Assembly (NCBI GenBank): GCA_049303675.1
Contig: JBAQNJ010000001.1
Location: forward strand, 408,711 to 472,710
Direction: 5' to 3'
Origin: Microgenomates group bacterium
GTDB lineage: Bacteria; Patescibacteriota; Microgenomatia; UBA12405
DNA: 64,000 nucleotides
The translations under genes were made by a program, and so were the position numbers. The notes beneath the pieces were generated by a model. The model saw nothing but the letters and a program-made list of their open reading frames with translations, made no database searches and was not told where the DNA came from. Within the stretch, counting starts at the first letter, position 1, and the number at the start of each line of letters is the position of its first letter. Shown piece by piece: positions 62,766 to 64,000 of the stretch.

Positions 62766-64000
62766 CCATCACACCAATAATAGGACTAGAGGTCCACATC
62801 GAACTAAAAACAAAATCAAAAATGTTTTGTGGTTGTGATGCCTCTCATTTCCATGTCGAGCCCAACACCCACACATGCCCAGTTTGTCTAGGGCTACCGG
62901 GAGCTCTGCCCATCCCCAACAAAACCGCCTGTGAGTGGACTATCAAATTGGGTCTAGCCCTAGGTTGTACTATCAATAATGAAACTTTTTTTGAACGCAA
63001 AAATTATTTTTACCCCGATCTGGCTAAGGGCTATCAGATTACCCAGCTCCAAAAACCATTTTCAATAAATGGCAAATTAAATATTGATGGCCACGAAATC
63101 CGTATCAATCGCGCCCATCAAGAAGAGGATACTGGCAAGTCTGTCCACCTGAATGGTGAAACACTTTTAGATTTCAATCGCTCCGGTGTACCCCTAGTCG
63201 AAATTGTCTCCGAGCCGGATATTACCAGTCCCGAGGAAGCCAAAAAATATTTACTCAAAATCCAGCAAATTGTCCGATACCTAGGAATTTCCGATGCTGA
63301 TATTGAAAAGGGTAGTATGCGTTGTGAGCCAACTATAAATGTCAACATTGACGGTAATTTTACCCCACTAGTCGAAATCAAAAATGTCGCTTCGCTCACC
63401 GGCGTCATGACCGCCATCCAGTTTGAAATAGATAGACAAATTGATCAATACAGCCAAGATAAAATCACCAAAAACTCGACCAACAAGACGACTCGCGGTT
63501 GGGACGCCGACAAAAATCAAACTTTTTTACAGCGGGACAAAGAGGGGAGCGCCGACTATCGCTATTTCCCCGAGCCCGATATCCCGCCAATAATTTTTTC
63601 CAAAGATCAAATCGATGAAATCAAAAAAACTCTCCCTGAAATGCCCGATGCCAAAATCGCCAAATACAAGGCCTTAAAATTATCTGACTATGACGCCAAT
63701 TTATTGTCAGAAAATCAAATGTTCTCTGCTATTTTTGAAAAAGTTTTAGACAATTCAACCGATAGTGAGTTTGCTAAATTTATTGCCAATTTATTAATTG
63801 GTCCTCTCAAAACTATTGAAATTAAAATCGACAAAATTAACCCAATATATTTTAAAAATTTATTTGACGACAGAGACAAATTATCATCTACTGCCATCAA
63901 ACAATTAATTTTGGATTCTTACAGTTCTGATACTAATCCCCTCATACTAGCCAAAGAAAAAAATCTTTTTCAGGTATCGGACACAGGAGCAATTGAAGAA
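62762..64000 (+). CDS. gatB: Asp-tRNA(Asn)/Glu-tRNA(Gln) amidotransferase subunit B, 3' end lies outside the window
   Basis: MTITPIIGLEVHIELKTKSKMFCGC...THTCPVCLGLPGALP...NYFYPDL, GatB N-terminal domain. The ORF is open to the window end. Confidence 0.9.
   Translation, partial: MTITPIIGLEVHIELKTKSKMFCGCDASHFHVEPNTHTCPVCLGLPGALPIPNKTACEWTIKLGLALGCTINNETFFERKNYFYPDLAKGYQITQLQKPFSINGKLNIDGHEIRINRAHQEEDTGKSVHLNGETLLDFNRSGVPLVEIVSEPDITSPEEAKKYLLKIQQIVRYLGISDADIEKGSMRCEPTINVNIDGNFTPLVEIKNVASLTGVMTAIQFEIDRQIDQYSQDKITKNSTNKTTRGWDADKNQTFLQRDKEGSADYRYFPEPDIPPIIFSKDQIDEIKKTLPEMPDAKIAKYKALKLSDYDANLLSENQMFSAIFEKVLDNSTDSEFAKFIANLLIGPLKTIEIKIDKINPIYFKNLFDDRDKLSSTAIKQLILDSYSSDTNPLILAKEKNLFQVSDTGAIEE

Noticed and set aside
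63118-63417. 99-aa minus-strand ORF inside gatB
   Set aside because: Antisense to the strongly conserved GatB N-terminal domain. Spurious.

Overview
This is a low-GC, gene-dense bacterial chromosome segment, mostly on the + strand. Small genes, shortened proteins, AT-rich leaders without Shine-Dalgarno motifs, a sortase fusion and polytopic glycosyltransferases are all consistent with a Candidate Phyla Radiation (Patescibacteria-like) genome. Housekeeping genes are metG, rpsT, murJ, map, folD, tatD, sodA, greA, gatC-gatA-gatB, a DEAD-box helicase, rarA, dinB, uvrD/pcrA and fused korA/korB 2-oxoacid:ferredoxin oxidoreductase subunits. Two type II toxin-antitoxin modules, a frameshifted RAYT/IS200-like transposase with its palindromes, and remnants of elements inserted at gene 3' ends are interspersed among them. 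The most notable locus is 48.0-56.0 kb. It is a syntenic cluster of a DPPR-synthase-like UbiA prenyltransferase, three GT-C membrane glycosyltransferases, a PAP2 phosphatase and an NAD-dependent epimerase. This resembles the mycobacterial decaprenyl-phospho-arabinose pathway and suggests a lipid-linked pentose glycosylation system for the cell envelope. Further features are an alkylation/DNA-damage repair gene set (dinB, rarA, an alkyltransferase-like protein, an AlkD-like protein, two dinD-like Bro-N genes, uvrD), a sortase-domain fusion protein near Thr/Pro-rich surface proteins, PilN/PilO-like genes, recurring heptamer (TCGTAAY)n and AT-rich (aaattaaaaatt)n repeat families that sit inside coding sequence, and a structured GC-rich 0.5 kb non-coding region. 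Coordinates of features not taken from the ORF track are approximate (±1-3 nt).
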